A stretch of 64,000 nt of DNA from an uncultured Planctomycetaceae bacterium (GTDB lineage Bacteria; Planctomycetota; Planctomycetia; Planctomycetales; Planctomycetaceae). The notes under the pieces were generated by a model. The model searched no databases, had not been told where the DNA came from, and saw nothing but the letters and a program-made list of their open reading frames with translations. Location: positions 1-64,000 of the forward strand of contig CAWFGE010000012.1 of NCBI GenBank assembly GCA_963815195.1, in the 5' to 3' direction. Positions 61,890-64,000 of this stretch are shown here, in pieces. Numbering within the stretch: the first letter of the stretch is position 1; the number at the start of each line of letters is the position of its first letter. Made by a program: the position numbers and the translations under genes.

Positions 61890-63739
61890 CGCAGCATCCC
61901 GACTATCCGCCGACACTGGGCGCCCTCCGCGTGGGCGACCGCAAATACCAGTTTCGCGTCTGGGCCCCGAAGGTGCAAAGCCTGGATCTGAGGCTGCTCG
62001 ATCCCAGCGAACGAATCTCGCCGATGAAGCGCCGCGACCGGGGCTATTATGAATGCGAGGCCGAAGACGTGAAACCGGGCACGCGGTATTTTTACCGCAT
62101 CGACGGCGCGCGGGATCGGCCCGATCCGGCTTCGCGGTTTCAGCCCGAAGGCGTGCACCGCGCCTCGGCGGTCGTCGATCCGCTCTTCCCGTGGACCGAC
62201 GCCCATTGGCACGGCGTTCCGCTCCAGCAATACATCATCTACGAATTGCACGTGGGCACGTTCACTCCGGAGGGCACGTTCGACGCGGCGATTTCTTATT
62301 TGGACGGCCTCAAGCAGCTCGGCCTCACCGCGGTCGAGCTGATGCCCGTGGCCCAATTTCCCGGCAGCCGGAACTGGGGTTACGACGGCGTGCATCCGTT
62401 TGCCGTACAGAACTCCTACGGCGGGCCGGACGGATTAAAACGCTTCGTCGATGCCGCCCATCACCGCGGGCTCGCTGTGATTGTGGACGCGGTCTATAAC
62501 CATCTCGGCCCGGAAGGCAATTACCTTGCGGAGTTCGGGCACTACTTCACGGATCGGCATCACACGCCTTGGGGCCCGGCGGTCAATTTTGACGATCGCG
62601 GCAGCGATGAGGTCCGGCGGTTCTTCATCGAAAACGCGCTGTATTGGATCAGCGAGTTTCACATCGACGCCCTCAGGCTCGATGCGGTGCATGCGATCTT
62701 CGATTTCTCGGCGACGCCTTTCCTGGAGGAACTCGCCGATGCCGTCCGTCTGGAAGGCGAACGCGAAGGCCGGCGGGTCTATACGATCGCGGAAAGCAGC
62801 CTGAACGATACCCGGCTGATCAAAGCGAAGGAAGTCGGCGGCTACGGCCTCGACGCCCAATGGTGCGACGACCTGCACCATGCCCTGCGAACGGAATTGA
62901 CCGGCGAGCGATCCGGGTATTACGTCGATTACCACGGGTTTGATGACATTGCAAAAGCCTACCGCGACGGCTTCGTGCAGGATGGGCGGTATTCGGAATA
63001 TCGCGGCCGCCGGCATGGGAACTCGGCCCGCGGGATCGATCCGATCAAGCTCGTCGTCTGCTCGCAGAACCACGATCAGGTCGGCAACCGCCTCGCGGGA
63101 GAGCGGCCGGGCGAATTGGTTTCGTTCGAAAAGCAGAAGCTGGCGGCGGCCGCGGTGATTCTCTCGCCGTATTTGCCGATGTTGTTTATGGGCGAGGAAT
63201 ATGGCGAAACGGCACCGTTTCAGTTTTTTGTCAGCCATACCGATCCCGATTTGATCGAAGCCGTCCGCCGGGGCCGAAAACAAGAGTTCGCCCGCTTCCA
63301 ATGGAAAGAAGAACCGCCCGACCCGCAAGCGGAAGCCACATTTCTCCGCTCGAAGCTCGATCATAATCTAAAAAGCGAGACCCGGCACCGCACCTTGCGC
63401 GAGTTGTATCGGGCCTTGATCCATCTGCGAAAAACCGAACCGGCGCTCGCGTTTCCCAAACGGGATCGGATGGAAATCCGCACATTGGAACCCATTCGCG
63501 GGTTCGTTGTCATGCGGTGCGCGGCCGGGAGTTTGTTGCTCACCATTCTGCATTTTGGAACGGAATCTGCGGATGCCGGCCTGGAATTGCCGGCGGGAAC
63601 GTGGAGCAAAATCCTCGATTCCGCCGAGACCGAATGGCACGGTCCGGGAAGCGAGCTCCCCGCGTCGTTGGAATCATCAGGCGATGTTGTGCTTTCCCTG
63701 CCGCCGAATTCCGCCGTGGTCTATAGGCGATTGGGATAG
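61886..63739 (+). CDS. treZ: Malto-oligosyltrehalose trehalohydrolase
   Basis: [47 protein letters not shown]. Confidence 0.95.
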   Translation: MTQHPDYPPTLGALRVGDRKYQFRVWAPKVQSLDLRLLDPSERISPMKRRDRGYYECEAEDVKPGTRYFYRIDGARDRPDPASRFQPEGVHRASAVVDPLFPWTDAHWHGVPLQQYIIYELHVGTFTPEGTFDAAISYLDGLKQLGLTAVELMPVAQFPGSRNWGYDGVHPFAVQNSYGGPDGLKRFVDAAHHRGLAVIVDAVYNHLGPEGNYLAEFGHYFTDRHHTPWGPAVNFDDRGSDEVRRFFIENALYWISEFHIDALRLDAVHAIFDFSATPFLEELADAVRLEGEREGRRVYTIAESSLNDTRLIKAKEVGGYGLDAQWCDDLHHALRTELTGERSGYYVDYHGFDDIAKAYRDGFVQDGRYSEYRGRRHGNSARGIDPIKLVVCSQNHDQVGNRLAGERPGELVSFEKQKLAAAAVILSPYLPMLFMGEEYGETAPFQFFVSHTDPDLIEAVRRGRKQEFARFQWKEEPPDPQAEATFLRSKLDHNLKSETRHRTLRELYRALIHLRKTEPALAFPKRDRMEIRTLEPIRGFVVMRCAAGSLLLTILHFGTESADAGLELPAGTWSKILDSAETEWHGPGSELPASLESSGDVVLSLPPNSAVVYRRLG

Positions 63740-63762
63740 GAAACCGAGACAGGAAACCTTAT

Positions 63763-64000
<238 letters not shown>

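Overview
GC-rich bacterial DNA, most likely from a planctomycete (DUF1559 prepilin-like gene, PVC-type heme-binding dehydrogenase, DUF1598, G8 protein). Bases 1-~13.9 kb are the end of a decaying genomic island anchored at tRNA-Pro(GGG) (13918-13991, minus) by a serine integrase whose stop codon lies inside the tRNA. The island holds a nested mobile-element complex. An IS21-family element (939-6340) has its istB ATPase gene split exactly in the Walker A motif by a 2478-bp large-serine-recombinase (LSR) element. In silico excision at a shared AA dinucleotide restores GPPGTGKTH in frame and, on the circle, joins an SD+ATG from one end of the element to a start-less ORF at the other end. A second, different IS21-type end at 1282 suggests the istB halves come from two IS21 elements. 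Bases 14-64 kb are core-like genes: transporters, a hydroxyproline-catabolism pair, cytochrome c peroxidase, L,D-transpeptidase, der, queD, fcl and a glgE-treS/mak-malQ-treZ-glgX cluster. This part also has many REP-like palindromes, a MITE inserted in one REP, a candidate stand-alone sRNA, and a twice-repeated hairpin with a self-complementary GGGCCC loop. Several single-base frameshifts in conserved genes point to assembly indel errors. All product calls are from motif recognition only; no database searches were run.
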